Part shown: positions 17,052 through 26,791 of the stretch, one piece after another
Numbering within the stretch: position 1 is the stretch's first letter
How the letters are laid out: each line of letters starts with the position of its first letter
Origin: Rickettsia typhi
GTDB taxonomy: Bacteria > Pseudomonadota > Alphaproteobacteria > Rickettsiales > UBA1997
Reading direction: 5' to 3'
Length of the DNA: 32,698 nt
Assembly (NCBI GenBank): GCA_945878005.1
Contig: CAMCSJ010000003.1
Span: forward strand, 1 to 32,698
Position numbers and translations under genes: made by a program
Notes under the pieces: model-generated
What the model was told of the DNA's origin: nothing
Database searches by the model: none
Seen by the model: the letters and a program-made list of their open reading frames with translations, nothing else

Positions 17052-19013
17052 CTAAATTTTCATTGGCAAAATAACCATGTTTAATCCTTTAACATGAAGT
17101 CTTCTTTGCATGATATATGGAACATGGTTAAATAAAATTTGAGTAAAAATATTTTCATTATCAAAAATAAATTTGGTACCAAAAAATACCACATTTTGAT
17201 AATCTTTTGCTACTCGATCAGTAAGCTGGGAAAGCTTTTCAACGATATCGGTATCATAGCCAATATAGGCTTTAGCAAAACGTCCATTAGCATTGCAATA
17301 ATTTTTATATTTATTCAAAACTGTTTTGGTTCTGCGACGCATATCTCGCCATCTTTTTTCTTCGCTAAATGTATTTGAATCAAGCTCTCCTACGGTCACA
17401 AAAATAAAATTTTTAAATATTCCTGGAAATAATTTTTTAATTTCAAGTAAGCAATTCATTCCACTTCCAAAGGTTTGATCAACGATTATCGCAGCAGTTG
17501 GAGCTGATTTATCAATAGCCTCATTATTTTGTTCACAGCTTTCGCTTCCATAGCTGTAAAACATGGTTTCTTTTTGAGTTAAATTTCGTTTAAAACGTTC
17601 ATAAGTATTTCTGATGGTTAATCCAATCATTACAAAAACTGAAGTGATTAAAATCGTGATCCATCCACCTTCATAAAATTTTTCAAAAATTGTAATTGCC
17701 AAAATTGCAAAACATACCACGAATCCAATTACCGCAATTGAAAATTTAGAAAGCCATTCTCTTTTTCTTCGACGATGTCTGATCCAATAAATGGAAAGTC
17801 CAAGCAAAGAAAGTGAGAATGTTATAAATACATTTATCGAATATAAAACCACTAAAATATGAACTGATCCTTGAGTTATAATCAAAGTAGCAATCGCTGA
17901 AATTGTCATGAATAAAACTCCATTTTTAACTACTAATCTAGAGGAAAGGGAGCTAAAAGATTTTGGCATCCATTCATCACTTGCCATATTGGCAATAACA
18001 TTTGGACCAGCTAAAAATCCCGCATTTGCCGCAACAACCAAAAGTCCTGCTTCAAAAATTAAAACTATCGGAACAGCTATTGCTCCAATATTAAAATCAC
18101 CATAGTTAAGATTGGAAGTAATCGCATAAAAAACTGTAGCGTTTAAGGTTTGACCATCGACCTTATTAACTCCCCAAAGAAGATAAATTAAAATAATTCC
18201 TGCAGCCATAAATGCCAAAGAAATCGCAACCAAAAACATGGTAATTTTTGCAGTTCTAACTCGAGGTTCACTTAAGGTGTTAACATTATTTGATACTGCT
18301 TCAAGACCCGTATAAGTTCCACCACCCATTGAAAATGCTTTTAAAAAAATCGATAAAAGCATAAACCATCCAAGTGAATTTTTCATTTCATAACTTTCGT
18401 TTAAAGCTTGAGGAACAAGCTCTGAAATGCCATGACGATGGGCAAAAATTCCGTAAATAATTAAGAAAAAATGGGTTATGATAAAACCTAAAAAAATTGG
18501 TAAAAGAAATTTTATCGATTCCTTCATTCCTCGCAAATTTAACACTGCTAAAATTGCAATCAAAAAAATTGCAATTGGAAGTTTTGCTTCCTGAAATCCA
18601 GCAGGTAAAAAACTAAAAATTGCATCAACTCCACTAGCAATTGAAATTGCAATCGTCAAAACATAATCGATTATCAATGCTGATCCCGAAACTAATCCTG
18701 CATATTTTCCAAGTAAACGAGTTGCAACGCGATATCCTCCTCCTCCATTTGGAAAAAGCTCGATCACTTGAGTGTAAGCATAAGAAATAATAAAAACCGT
18801 AAAAGCTGTTGCAATCGCAAGATAGATTGCTAATTCTTCATGAGAACCTAAGGCAAGAAATGCTTCTTCAGGACCGTAGCAAGATGATGAAATACCATCC
18901 GCTCCAAGTCCAATCCATGCTAAAAACGCAACCAAAGAAATACTTTTTCTGGTTTCTTGATCAAATGGATTTCGTGGTGGACCAAATAAAAAATTGCGAA
19001 TTTTTTTTATCAT
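17052..19013 (-). CDS. APC-superfamily permease, KimA/YdaO-like (probable K+ transporter)
   Basis: ADGISSSCYGPEE (compare KimA DALSSVAY), PNGGGGY, DYVLTIAISIASG, NLRGMKES, TGLEAVSN; ~12 TM plus a cytoplasmic C-terminal domain. Confidence 0.85.
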   Translation of the reverse strand: MIKKIRNFLFGPPRNPFDQETRKSISLVAFLAWIGLGADGISSSCYGPEEAFLALGSHEELAIYLAIATAFTVFIISYAYTQVIELFPNGGGGYRVATRLLGKYAGLVSGSALIIDYVLTIAISIASGVDAIFSFLPAGFQEAKLPIAIFLIAILAVLNLRGMKESIKFLLPIFLGFIITHFFLIIYGIFAHRHGISELVPQALNESYEMKNSLGWFMLLSIFLKAFSMGGGTYTGLEAVSNNVNTLSEPRVRTAKITMFLVAISLAFMAAGIILIYLLWGVNKVDGQTLNATVFYAITSNLNYGDFNIGAIAVPIVLIFEAGLLVVAANAGFLAGPNVIANMASDEWMPKSFSSLSSRLVVKNGVLFMTISAIATLIITQGSVHILVVLYSINVFITFSLSLLGLSIYWIRHRRRKREWLSKFSIAVIGFVVCFAILAITIFEKFYEGGWITILITSVFVMIGLTIRNTYERFKRNLTQKETMFYSYGSESCEQNNEAIDKSAPTAAIIVDQTFGSGMNCLLEIKKLFPGIFKNFIFVTVGELDSNTFSEEKRWRDMRRRTKTVLNKYKNYCNANGRFAKAYIGYDTDIVEKLSQLTDRVAKDYQNVVFFGTKFIFDNENIFTQILFNHVPYIMQRRLHVKGLNMVILPMKI

Positions 19014-19106
19014 AAAATTTATAATGAAAGAATTAGAATTTTTTAAATAAATAATTTTTAATTATTTTATTTAATCTTAACTATTCTTCTTAATAACTAA
19101 CTAAGT

Positions 19107-19724
19107 TTAACAAACTTTGTTAAGTTTTTTCATCAATGCCATGATTAAATCTTTATCCTTAATAAATCTTGTTTTTTCAAGACCAGATGAAATATCAATC
19201 ATGCTTGCTTTGGTTATTTTAATTGCTTCATTAATATTATCAAGTGTCAATCCACCTGCCAAAAACCATGGCTTTGTGAAATTAAAATTACCTATAATTG
19301 ACCAATCAAAACTTTGTCCACTCCCTGATTTAGCTCCATCTAGCAAAAAATAATCAGCAATATCGTCAAAATTTTTTAAATCTTCGAGATCATTTTTATT
19401 AATAATATTTTTACCAATTATAACTCCAATATCGGGATATTTATTTTTAAATTTTAGAAAATATTGATGATTTAAATTACCGTGAAATTGTATATAATCT
19501 GGCTTGAAATTAATAATTATCTCATTTAAAAAATCCATGTTTGGCTCTACAACCACCGCAACCTTTCGCGATTTGACAATAAAATCAGCAATTAATGATG
19601 AATTTTTTGGCTCAACATAACGAAGTGATTTATTGTAAAAAACTACTCCCGTAAAATCACATCCACATTGATCGACAAACTCGGCAATTTTTGAGTCAGT
19701 AATTCCGCAAATTTTTACTTTCAT
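19107..19724 (-). CDS. trpF: Phosphoribosylanthranilate isomerase
   Basis: VKICGIT, QFHG, LLD, GSGQSFDW, LAGGLT and DISSGLE motifs. Confidence 0.95.
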   Translation of the reverse strand: MKVKICGITDSKIAEFVDQCGCDFTGVVFYNKSLRYVEPKNSSLIADFIVKSRKVAVVVEPNMDFLNEIIINFKPDYIQFHGNLNHQYFLKFKNKYPDIGVIIGKNIINKNDLEDLKNFDDIADYFLLDGAKSGSGQSFDWSIIGNFNFTKPWFLAGGLTLDNINEAIKITKASMIDISSGLEKTRFIKDKDLIMALMKKLNKVC

Positions 19725-19725
19725 T

Positions 19726-20040
19726 TTAAAATTTAAAACCTGCAGGAAGTGGTATTCCAGCTGTTACTTTTTTGAGCATTGAAGAAGATCCTTCATCGGC
19801 TTTGGCTTTAGCAGAGTTAATTGCAACGATTAATAAATCTTCAAGGATTGATTTTTCATCACTTTTAAAAAGCGAATCATCAATTTCTATTTTTTTGACA
19901 ATGCTATTTCCCATGATTACAACCTTTACTAATCCACCACCTCCAGATCCTTCAAATTCAGTATTGGCGATGTCCTCCTCAACTTTTTTCATTTTATTTT
20001 GCATTTCTTGTGCTTGACGCATTAATGATTTCATGTCCAT
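19726..20040 (-). CDS. ybaB: YbaB/EbfC nucleoid-associated protein
   Basis: LMRQAQEMQ, EGSGGGGLVKV, ILEDLLIVAINSA. Confidence 0.95.
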   Translation of the reverse strand: MDMKSLMRQAQEMQNKMKKVEEDIANTEFEGSGGGGLVKVVIMGNSIVKKIEIDDSLFKSDEKSILEDLLIVAINSAKAKADEGSSSMLKKVTAGIPLPAGFKF

Positions 20041-20044
20041 AAAT

Positions 20045-21229
20045 TTAAGAAGAATATTTGTTAAAGAATTTTTTTAATTTGTATTTAGCAATTGTTGAAG
20101 CTTTTCTGATATAACCAACTTTTTCAACTGGTTCTTTGGCGAAAAGATCAAACTCATATTTTTTAGAACCTTTTATTTCAATTTGCAAACTAGCAATTTT
20201 TGAATCTTTTTTGATTGGAGCATAAATTGGATCGCTATATTTAACATTAACCGTGATGTCCTTTAATTCAAGATAACGAGGAATATTTATGGCAATATCT
20301 TCCTTAGAGATTGCCGTAACTTTTTCTTGATTACCTAACCAAATATTTAGATCCAAAACATCTTGATTTTGCTTAAATAATTCTAATTTTTTATAACCAA
20401 AAAAACCGTAATCCATCATCTCAGTAATAACATTTGCTCTTTGTTTAGGGGTTTTCATTTTATTTACAACCGCAACTAAACTTCGATTATTTCTGCGAAC
20501 AAATTCGACAACTCCGTAACCTCCTTCATTGGTATGTCCAGTCTTTCCAACGATAATTCCTTCATAATTATTTTTAATTAAAGGATTACGATTTCTTTGA
20601 GTGATATTTTGATAAGTAAATTCGGGAATTGAAAAATAACTCGCAAACTCGGGATATTGCTCATAAAGATGAATAACCAAATTGGCTAAATCTCTCAAAC
20701 TGGAATAATGATTAGGTTCATGTAATCCATGAGGATTGGTAAAATGACTATTCTTCATGCCCAGCTCAAAGGCTTTTAGATTCATCAGCGATGCAAAATT
20801 TTCAACTCCTCCTCCAACAGATTGAGCAAGAGCAATTGATGCATCATTTGCTGAAACTGCTAATAATCCTTTGATTAAATCATCGATTGAAACTACATCT
20901 CCATAGTTTAAAAACATTGAAGATCCAGATTTTCGCCAAGCATCTTTTCCAATTAAACATTGATTATTTAAACTAATTTTACCTTTTTTTACTTGATCGA
21001 AAACTACCAAAGCTGTCATCAATTTAGTCATCGAGGAAGGAGCCATTCTGGTATCAGCGTTTTTTGATAAAAGAATTTCTTTACTATCTGCATCAATTAA
21101 AAAATAAAATTGAGCATCATTAAGGTTTGGCGCAAACTCTTCTTTGGCTTGGATAGGATTTGTACAACTAACAATGACAATAATTGCTAGAAGTAATATA
21201 AATTGTGATTTTTTAACAAAATCTAACAT
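20045..21229 (-). CDS. dacA: D-alanyl-D-alanine carboxypeptidase (PBP5/S11 family)
   Basis: SxxK (SMTK), SxN (SAN) and KTG motifs; NPHGL; C-terminal PBP5_C domain (APIKK). Confidence 0.93.
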   Translation of the reverse strand: MLDFVKKSQFILLLAIIVIVSCTNPIQAKEEFAPNLNDAQFYFLIDADSKEILLSKNADTRMAPSSMTKLMTALVVFDQVKKGKISLNNQCLIGKDAWRKSGSSMFLNYGDVVSIDDLIKGLLAVSANDASIALAQSVGGGVENFASLMNLKAFELGMKNSHFTNPHGLHEPNHYSSLRDLANLVIHLYEQYPEFASYFSIPEFTYQNITQRNRNPLIKNNYEGIIVGKTGHTNEGGYGVVEFVRRNNRSLVAVVNKMKTPKQRANVITEMMDYGFFGYKKLELFKQNQDVLDLNIWLGNQEKVTAISKEDIAINIPRYLELKDITVNVKYSDPIYAPIKKDSKIASLQIEIKGSKKYEFDLFAKEPVEKVGYIRKASTIAKYKLKKFFNKYSS

Positions 21230-21244
21230 TTTTTATAAATTTAA

Positions 21245-22006
21245 TTACTTATTAGCTAAAGATTTATTTTCTTTGATATTTTCTTTAGCAATATTCTTGT
21301 TAATAGTTTTACTATCATTTTTTATCTCATTATCGCCATAATTTTCTATTAAAGCAATATCGCTAAATTCACTATTTTCAGCAATTTGTTGATTTTTTTT
21401 CTTTTGAATTTGTTGTTTTTTTTCATTAACTAAAATTTTGCTAAATTCAAAATCATCTTCACTTCGACTGCTATTAATTTTATCCACAGCACTTTGAATA
21501 TCATTATTAGCAATTAATAAATATTTTTTTTCACTTATCGCTGAAGAATTGCCAAATCGATCGCTACTAGGTATTTTAATCATGTCAAATTCAGCTCCTG
21601 TATATTTGAATGGTGGATTATTTTGAGTGTTATAACTTACTTCAAAAATATCTGGAGGAACTGAATTTGCTGGATTATTTTTTGATAGTTCATTGATAGT
21701 TGATCGATCTGGATAATATTGCTTAGGAACATATTCTCCAACATTGTAAATTGGAACATATCCTTGATATTTTTCTTGAGAAGCGATATAATCAGAGATC
21801 TCCTCCTTATTTGGAGGAGTTGATAATATCACTTCATTGGCAATAGCTTTGGGTAAAACTCTGTTACTGTTAATCTCCTTAACTTGTTCACCAAATTTTT
21901 TTACAAATAAATTATTTACCGAATCATCTTTATTTGAACAGCAACAAACAAAAATCATGAAAATAACATTAATAATTTTGGGAAATTTTTTAAGAAAAAT
22001 TTTCAT
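21245..22006 (-). CDS. Hypothetical putative lipoprotein
   Basis: Basic N-terminus, hydrophobic stretch, then VCCC; 1-nt overlap with the upstream SPOR gene and 15 nt from dacA. Confidence 0.75.
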   Translation of the reverse strand: MKIFLKKFPKIINVIFMIFVCCCSNKDDSVNNLFVKKFGEQVKEINSNRVLPKAIANEVILSTPPNKEEISDYIASQEKYQGYVPIYNVGEYVPKQYYPDRSTINELSKNNPANSVPPDIFEVSYNTQNNPPFKYTGAEFDMIKIPSSDRFGNSSAISEKKYLLIANNDIQSAVDKINSSRSEDDFEFSKILVNEKKQQIQKKKNQQIAENSEFSDIALIENYGDNEIKNDSKTINKNIAKENIKENKSLANK

Positions 22007-22779
22007 TAATTTACTTTAACTAAAATTGCTTCATGACCAGAATTTAAAACATTAGCAACTAATTTTCTTGCTTGATTTTTATTGGTAAAAGGTCCAAGTA
22101 ACACTCGATAAATTCTACGATCTTGAGTTTCAACTAATTCAACTTTACCACGATGAAATTTTTTCATGGTTTTTAATTCTTCATCCGCAACTTCTTTTGC
22201 TATGTAAGATCCTACTTGAACGTAATATTTTTTTACTGAATTTTTTTCTAAATCATTTTTATTTTTAATATTTTTATTAGCAAAAATTTCCTTGGGTTTA
22301 TTTGCTTGCTTAGGTTCTTTTGGGTTATTTTTGATATCTTTATTTTCAATATTTTCTTCATCTTTACTACTAGCTAAATCATATTCGCTAATGATTTTTT
22401 CATCTTGTCGACCTGCGAAAACCATGCTATCTTTTTCATTATTTTTTACATTATCTGGGAAAGTTTTATTTCGCTCTTTTGAAGATGGAGTTTGAAGGGT
22501 TTGAGCAATTTGTTGTGAAGCGTAATTTGAATAATTTTCTCTTTTTTCAGGAATAATTGTCGTTGATTGCTGTTCTTGCGAAGCTCTATTGGCATTGACT
22601 ATATTGCCTTCTTGCCCATCTAAAACCTGAGCATTAAAATCGGGAACTTTTGTAATAATCGCTTTGTAATTCCCTTGAAGATCAACAATTCTAATTTTTG
22701 CTTTCTGCGTTTCAGGTGAACAGCAAGTAAGATTAAAAAAGATTACTATTAAAAAAACTTTGAAAAAATATTTAGTCAT
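22006..22779 (-). CDS. SPOR-domain lipoprotein
   Basis: Signal ending LTCC; long low-complexity linker; C-terminal YYVQVGSY...YRVLLGPF SPOR domain. Confidence 0.88.
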   Translation of the reverse strand: MTKYFFKVFLIVIFFNLTCCSPETQKAKIRIVDLQGNYKAIITKVPDFNAQVLDGQEGNIVNANRASQEQQSTTIIPEKRENYSNYASQQIAQTLQTPSSKERNKTFPDNVKNNEKDSMVFAGRQDEKIISEYDLASSKDEENIENKDIKNNPKEPKQANKPKEIFANKNIKNKNDLEKNSVKKYYVQVGSYIAKEVADEELKTMKKFHRGKVELVETQDRRIYRVLLGPFTNKNQARKLVANVLNSGHEAILVKVN

Positions 22780-22971
22780 TTTTGAAAATTTTAATTTATA
22801 AATTTTACCTAGAGTGTAAGGTTTAAAATTAAATTACAAAAAAACAACTAATAACTTTAAAATTATAATTATTTTTAATTTTTAAAAAAGTTTTTGAAAT
22901 TATAATTTGAGCATAATTAGAAAAATTAGCAAAAATTTTTGAAGGAAAAATTAATAATAAATTAAAATTAT

Positions 22972-23127
22972 TTAATCTTTTTTTTCTGTCGAATCGTCAA
23001 ATAAAATTCTGTTAGAACTACCTTCCAAATCATCATATTGCTTATTTTTTAATGCCCATAAAAATGATAATAATCCTACAAGACTAAGCAAAAGAGCTAA
23101 AGGTATTAAAAAAATTAAGACCGACAT
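22972..23127 (-). CDS. ccoS: cbb3-type cytochrome oxidase assembly protein CcoS/FixS (not in ORF track)
   Basis: Manual translation MSVLIFLIPLALLLSLVGLLSFLWALKNKQYDDLEGSSNRILFDDSTEKKD (51 aa) with the FxWA...QYDDL...RILFD signature; overlaps the ccoI end. Confidence 0.95.
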   Translation of the reverse strand: MSVLIFLIPLALLLSLVGLLSFLWALKNKQYDDLEGSSNRILFDDSTEKKD

Positions 23128-25724
23128 TTAATGTTTTTATTTTTAAAAAATTTATTAATTCTAAGTGAATTTAAAATCACCAATAATGATGATGAAGACA
23201 TTGCAATAGCTGCGATAAGAGGCATAACCATTCCCATCATCGCAAATGGTAATGCGATCAAATTGTATATCAATGCTAATAATAAATTTTGCTTCATAAT
23301 TTGAAATGCTTTTTTACTGCCAATGAATAAGGAAATTATCGGCGATAATTTTGTAGAATTTATCAAAATATCAGCAATGTTTTTACTAAGATCACTTGCA
23401 TTAGTAAAGGAAACTGAAACCGTTGAAATTGCAAGTGCTGGAGCATCATTTAAACCATCGCCAATCATCATAAAATTGTGATTATTTTTTTTCATATTTT
23501 CTAAAAATTCCGCTTTTTGTAAAATTGATTTCTGATAATAAAATTCTTTTATACCAAGTTTTTGAGCAATTATTTCAACATTTTTCTGATGATCTCCCGA
23601 TAGTAAAATTATCTTCTTGCCAATGCTCTTTAAAAAAGAAATTACTTGATATGCATCTTGCTTAATTTCATCATCAAAAACAAAAACTAATTGATGATCT
23701 GCGAATTTCATAAAAGTTGTTAATTGCTGATAGTTTTCATTGTATTTAGATAATATTTCTTGAAAGTTGTTAAAATTAATGTTGCAATATTGCGATCTTC
23801 CTAACCTAACATCTAGAGGCATTTGATCGTTAAAATTTCTAAAAAAATCTTCATTTAATTGGCAATTAATTTTATTATTTTTTAATTCATCAATTATTTG
23901 TTTTAAAAATTCCACGGTAATTTTTCCACTTAATCCTTGAGATTTTTCTTCATGAATTACAAGATCAAAATTATGATTAGGACAACTTGCTAATAATGCT
24001 TTAGAAATAGGATGAGAGCTATTTTTTGCCATTGCTACTGCAATCGTCAAATAAAAATCCTCTTGGTTTTTTTCTAGTTTTTTTATAGAATTATTTTCAA
24101 TTGAATAAATCGATTTAAGTCTTGGAGTTCCTAATGTTAAACTTCCAGTTTTATCAAAAATTACCATATCGATTTTGTTAATTTTTTCTAATGCTTCACC
24201 ATTTTTAACCAATATTTGTTTGGTAATAAATCCCGATATCACAATAGTTTGAACGATTGGAATTGCCAATGCCAAAGCACATGGACAAGTGATAATTAAA
24301 ACTGCAGTAGCATTCATAATTGCTTGAGTAAATGATTTATCAATTACCAAAAACCAAATTACAAAAGTTAAAAATGCCAAAATATGAACTAAAGGTGTAT
24401 AAATTTTTGATAATTTTTGTGCTATTAATTCACAGGAATTTTTACTATTTTGATTTTGATTTATTAGGGCAATAATTTGAGATAATAAATTGGAATTAAT
24501 ATCGCTAGTAATTCTTACCTTTATGGGCTGAGAAATATTGATAGATCCTGCATAAACCATGCTATCCTTGGCAATTTTTTTTAAAATTATTTCACCCGTT
24601 AACAAGCTATCATCAATTTCACTTTCACCTTCAATTACAATTCCATCGCTAGCAATTTTTTCACCACAAGAAATTACTAAAATCATATCTTTTTGTAATT
24701 TTTTTATTGGTAAAATTTTGATTACTTTCTCTTCTTCGACTCTTGCATAACTGGCATTTAATAAACTAAATTCAGTTGCAATATTAAAAGCTTTTTTTCT
24801 AGCTTTCATTTCTAAAAATCTTCCAATCAACAAGAAAAAAGTTAACATTACTGCTGAATCAAAATAAACATGATCTCCACCTTGATAAGCCTGAAATAAA
24901 CTTACAATTCCAGCTAAAATTATTGCCAAACTAATTGGTACATCCATATTGGCGAAACCATTTGCTAGAGCTTTATAAGCTGAGATAAAAAAAATCCGAG
25001 CAGAATAAATTATCACTGGTAGCGCAATTAATGCCGAAATAAATTGTAAAAATTGATGCGAAGCAAAGCCCATTTCTTCGCTATTATTAAACCATAATAT
25101 GAATGAAAAAAACATAATATTTCCTGCACCAAATCCTGCAACTCCTAGAGCTTTAAGTAGTGAGTTATTATATTTTTTTTCTTCTTCTTGAATTATTTCC
25201 TGATCAAATGGTAAAAATTTATAACCAATTTCACTTACTTGATGAATTATTTTATTAGCATCTGAAATTTCTCCTTGAAAATCTAAACTCAAAACTTTGC
25301 GAGTTAAATTAATTCTTGCCTGCAAAACTTTGGGATTTTTTAGTAAAATACTCTCAATTAACCAAACACATGCTCCGCATTGCAATCCTTGAACCATAAG
25401 CTCTAAATGCCATGAATTGCTAATTTCATTTTTGTGATTATTGGAGATATCATCGCTTAAATTTTCCTCAAAATTATTATTTAAATTTCTTGAAGAATTG
25501 TTTTTTAAATTCTTTTTTACAAATTCACTAATGTCAAAATTTCCATTTAAATCAGGTTTTAAATTAGCTTCACTAATATTTTTTTCTCTGATTTGATAGT
25601 AATTTTTTAAACCCATCGATTCAATAATTTCATAGGCCTTTTCACATCCCTTACAACAAAAGTTTTGTTGATGTATACTTAATTTTAATTCACAATGTTT
25701 ACAATTATTATTTTCTAACAGCAT
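23115..25724 (-). CDS. ccoI: Cu-translocating P1B-type ATPase CcoI/FixI
   Basis: N-terminal CxxC...CCxGC, HMA domain CGAC, TGE, CPC, DKTGS, HP, GDGLND, YN and MSSSS motifs; between fixH and fixS. Confidence 0.95.
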   Translation of the reverse strand: MLLENNNCKHCELKLSIHQQNFCCKGCEKAYEIIESMGLKNYYQIREKNISEANLKPDLNGNFDISEFVKKNLKNNSSRNLNNNFEENLSDDISNNHKNEISNSWHLELMVQGLQCGACVWLIESILLKNPKVLQARINLTRKVLSLDFQGEISDANKIIHQVSEIGYKFLPFDQEIIQEEEKKYNNSLLKALGVAGFGAGNIMFFSFILWFNNSEEMGFASHQFLQFISALIALPVIIYSARIFFISAYKALANGFANMDVPISLAIILAGIVSLFQAYQGGDHVYFDSAVMLTFFLLIGRFLEMKARKKAFNIATEFSLLNASYARVEEEKVIKILPIKKLQKDMILVISCGEKIASDGIVIEGESEIDDSLLTGEIILKKIAKDSMVYAGSINISQPIKVRITSDINSNLLSQIIALINQNQNSKNSCELIAQKLSKIYTPLVHILAFLTFVIWFLVIDKSFTQAIMNATAVLIITCPCALALAIPIVQTIVISGFITKQILVKNGEALEKINKIDMVIFDKTGSLTLGTPRLKSIYSIENNSIKKLEKNQEDFYLTIAVAMAKNSSHPISKALLASCPNHNFDLVIHEEKSQGLSGKITVEFLKQIIDELKNNKINCQLNEDFFRNFNDQMPLDVRLGRSQYCNINFNNFQEILSKYNENYQQLTTFMKFADHQLVFVFDDEIKQDAYQVISFLKSIGKKIILLSGDHQKNVEIIAQKLGIKEFYYQKSILQKAEFLENMKKNNHNFMMIGDGLNDAPALAISTVSVSFTNASDLSKNIADILINSTKLSPIISLFIGSKKAFQIMKQNLLLALIYNLIALPFAMMGMVMPLIAAIAMSSSSLLVILNSLRINKFFKNKNIKCRS

Positions 25725-25725
25725 T

Positions 25726-26205
25726 TCACTGAATTACATATTTTTTAACAACTTGTAATATTTCTGATGAATTTTCAATAATTATCTCAAATTCCCATTG
25801 TCCTTTCTTTGGAAAATCAATAACTGCTTCAAACCATCCATTTTCAACATTCTTTAAATCTACTTCAAAATCAATTCCTTCTTGAGTTGGACGTCTTATA
25901 ATTGCGTGAATTTTAGCTGAGTTTAAATTACGCTGATCTTTATCAATTGCCATCACCTTCAAAATACCTTTACTATTTCCTAGATTTGTAAACTCAATTT
26001 CAACTTTCCAGCCAAGTTTTTTTTGTTGATCCACTAATTGCAATATTTGATTATGATCAATTCCCTTCTCATAAGCATCTTTACTAACCACTCCTCGATA
26101 AGTTTTACTAGAAATAAAAATATATGAAATATCAACTAAAATAAAAACCGCAAAAAAAACTACAAAAAAATAGGGAATTTTACTTTTTTTAATTGGATTA
26201 GGCAT
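25726..26205 (-). CDS. ccoH: FixH/CcoH family protein
   Basis: N-terminal TM, then YRGVV...YEKG, QKKLGW, RPTQEG, GQWE; adjacent to ccoI. Confidence 0.9.
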   Translation of the reverse strand: MPNPIKKSKIPYFFVVFFAVFILVDISYIFISSKTYRGVVSKDAYEKGIDHNQILQLVDQQKKLGWKVEIEFTNLGNSKGILKVMAIDKDQRNLNSAKIHAIIRRPTQEGIDFEVDLKNVENGWFEAVIDFPKKGQWEFEIIIENSSEILQVVKKYVIQ

Positions 26206-26791
26206 TTTTTTTAATGTTTTTTTTATGATTATTATTAATACCCTTTATAGCAAAAATAAAATCACGAATTATATGTTGATTAGTAGCTTTCAATATTGGT
26301 GATCGAGCAATGATTATGTAGTCTTGATGCTTATATAAATATTTTATATTAGCTTTTAAAATTTCGCGAAGTCTTCTTTTAATTAAGTTTCTTTGATTCG
26401 CTAATTTACTGACATTTTTAGAAACCGTATATCCTACACGGCAAAAATTTTCAACAAAAAATTGTTGTTTTTGATAATAATCTGTTATTTTTTTAGAATT
26501 ATCTAGCGATGAATTTTTATTTTCTTTAGATGAATTTTTATTTTCTATAAGGGAATTTTGGTTATTTTGTAGATGATCCTTATCTAAATTTGGTGAGTGA
26601 TTTTTCTGCTCTAAAATTTGTAATTTTTTACAATTTTCAAGATCTTTGATTTCTGATTGATTTTTTTTAAAATAAGTTTTTGGCGTTGGAGCAGTAAGAA
26701 TGATAAAGTTTGAAACTACAAATTTATTGGCAATTTTACTTACCTTATTAAATTCAGCAGTTTTTTTAATTGATAAGATTTTTAGATGCAT
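26198..26791 (-). CDS. rnpA: Ribonuclease P protein component with a large internal insertion
   Basis: IKKTAEF at the N-terminus, RVGYTVSK, RNR-type motif ANQRNLIKRRLRE, DYIIIAR; downstream of rpmH. Confidence 0.92.
   Translation of the reverse strand: MHLKILSIKKTAEFNKVSKIANKFVVSNFIILTAPTPKTYFKKNQSEIKDLENCKKLQILEQKNHSPNLDKDHLQNNQNSLIENKNSSKENKNSSLDNSKKITDYYQKQQFFVENFCRVGYTVSKNVSKLANQRNLIKRRLREILKANIKYLYKHQDYIIIARSPILKATNQHIIRDFIFAIKGINNNHKKNIKKNA
26508..26546. repeat. 18-bp direct repeat (period 21) inside the rnpA insertion
   Basis: GATGAATTTTTATTTTCT at 26508-26525 and 26529-26546, encoding ENKNSS twice. Confidence 0.85.

Noticed and set aside
19014-19106. c-di-AMP (ydaO) riboswitch upstream of the KimA-like gene
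   Set aside because: The gap is only 93 bp and almost entirely A/T, with no GC helices.
26456-26662. Intein or Rickettsia palindromic element as the rnpA insertion
   Set aside because: No intein splice-junction motifs, too short and low-complexity, and no palindrome visible.
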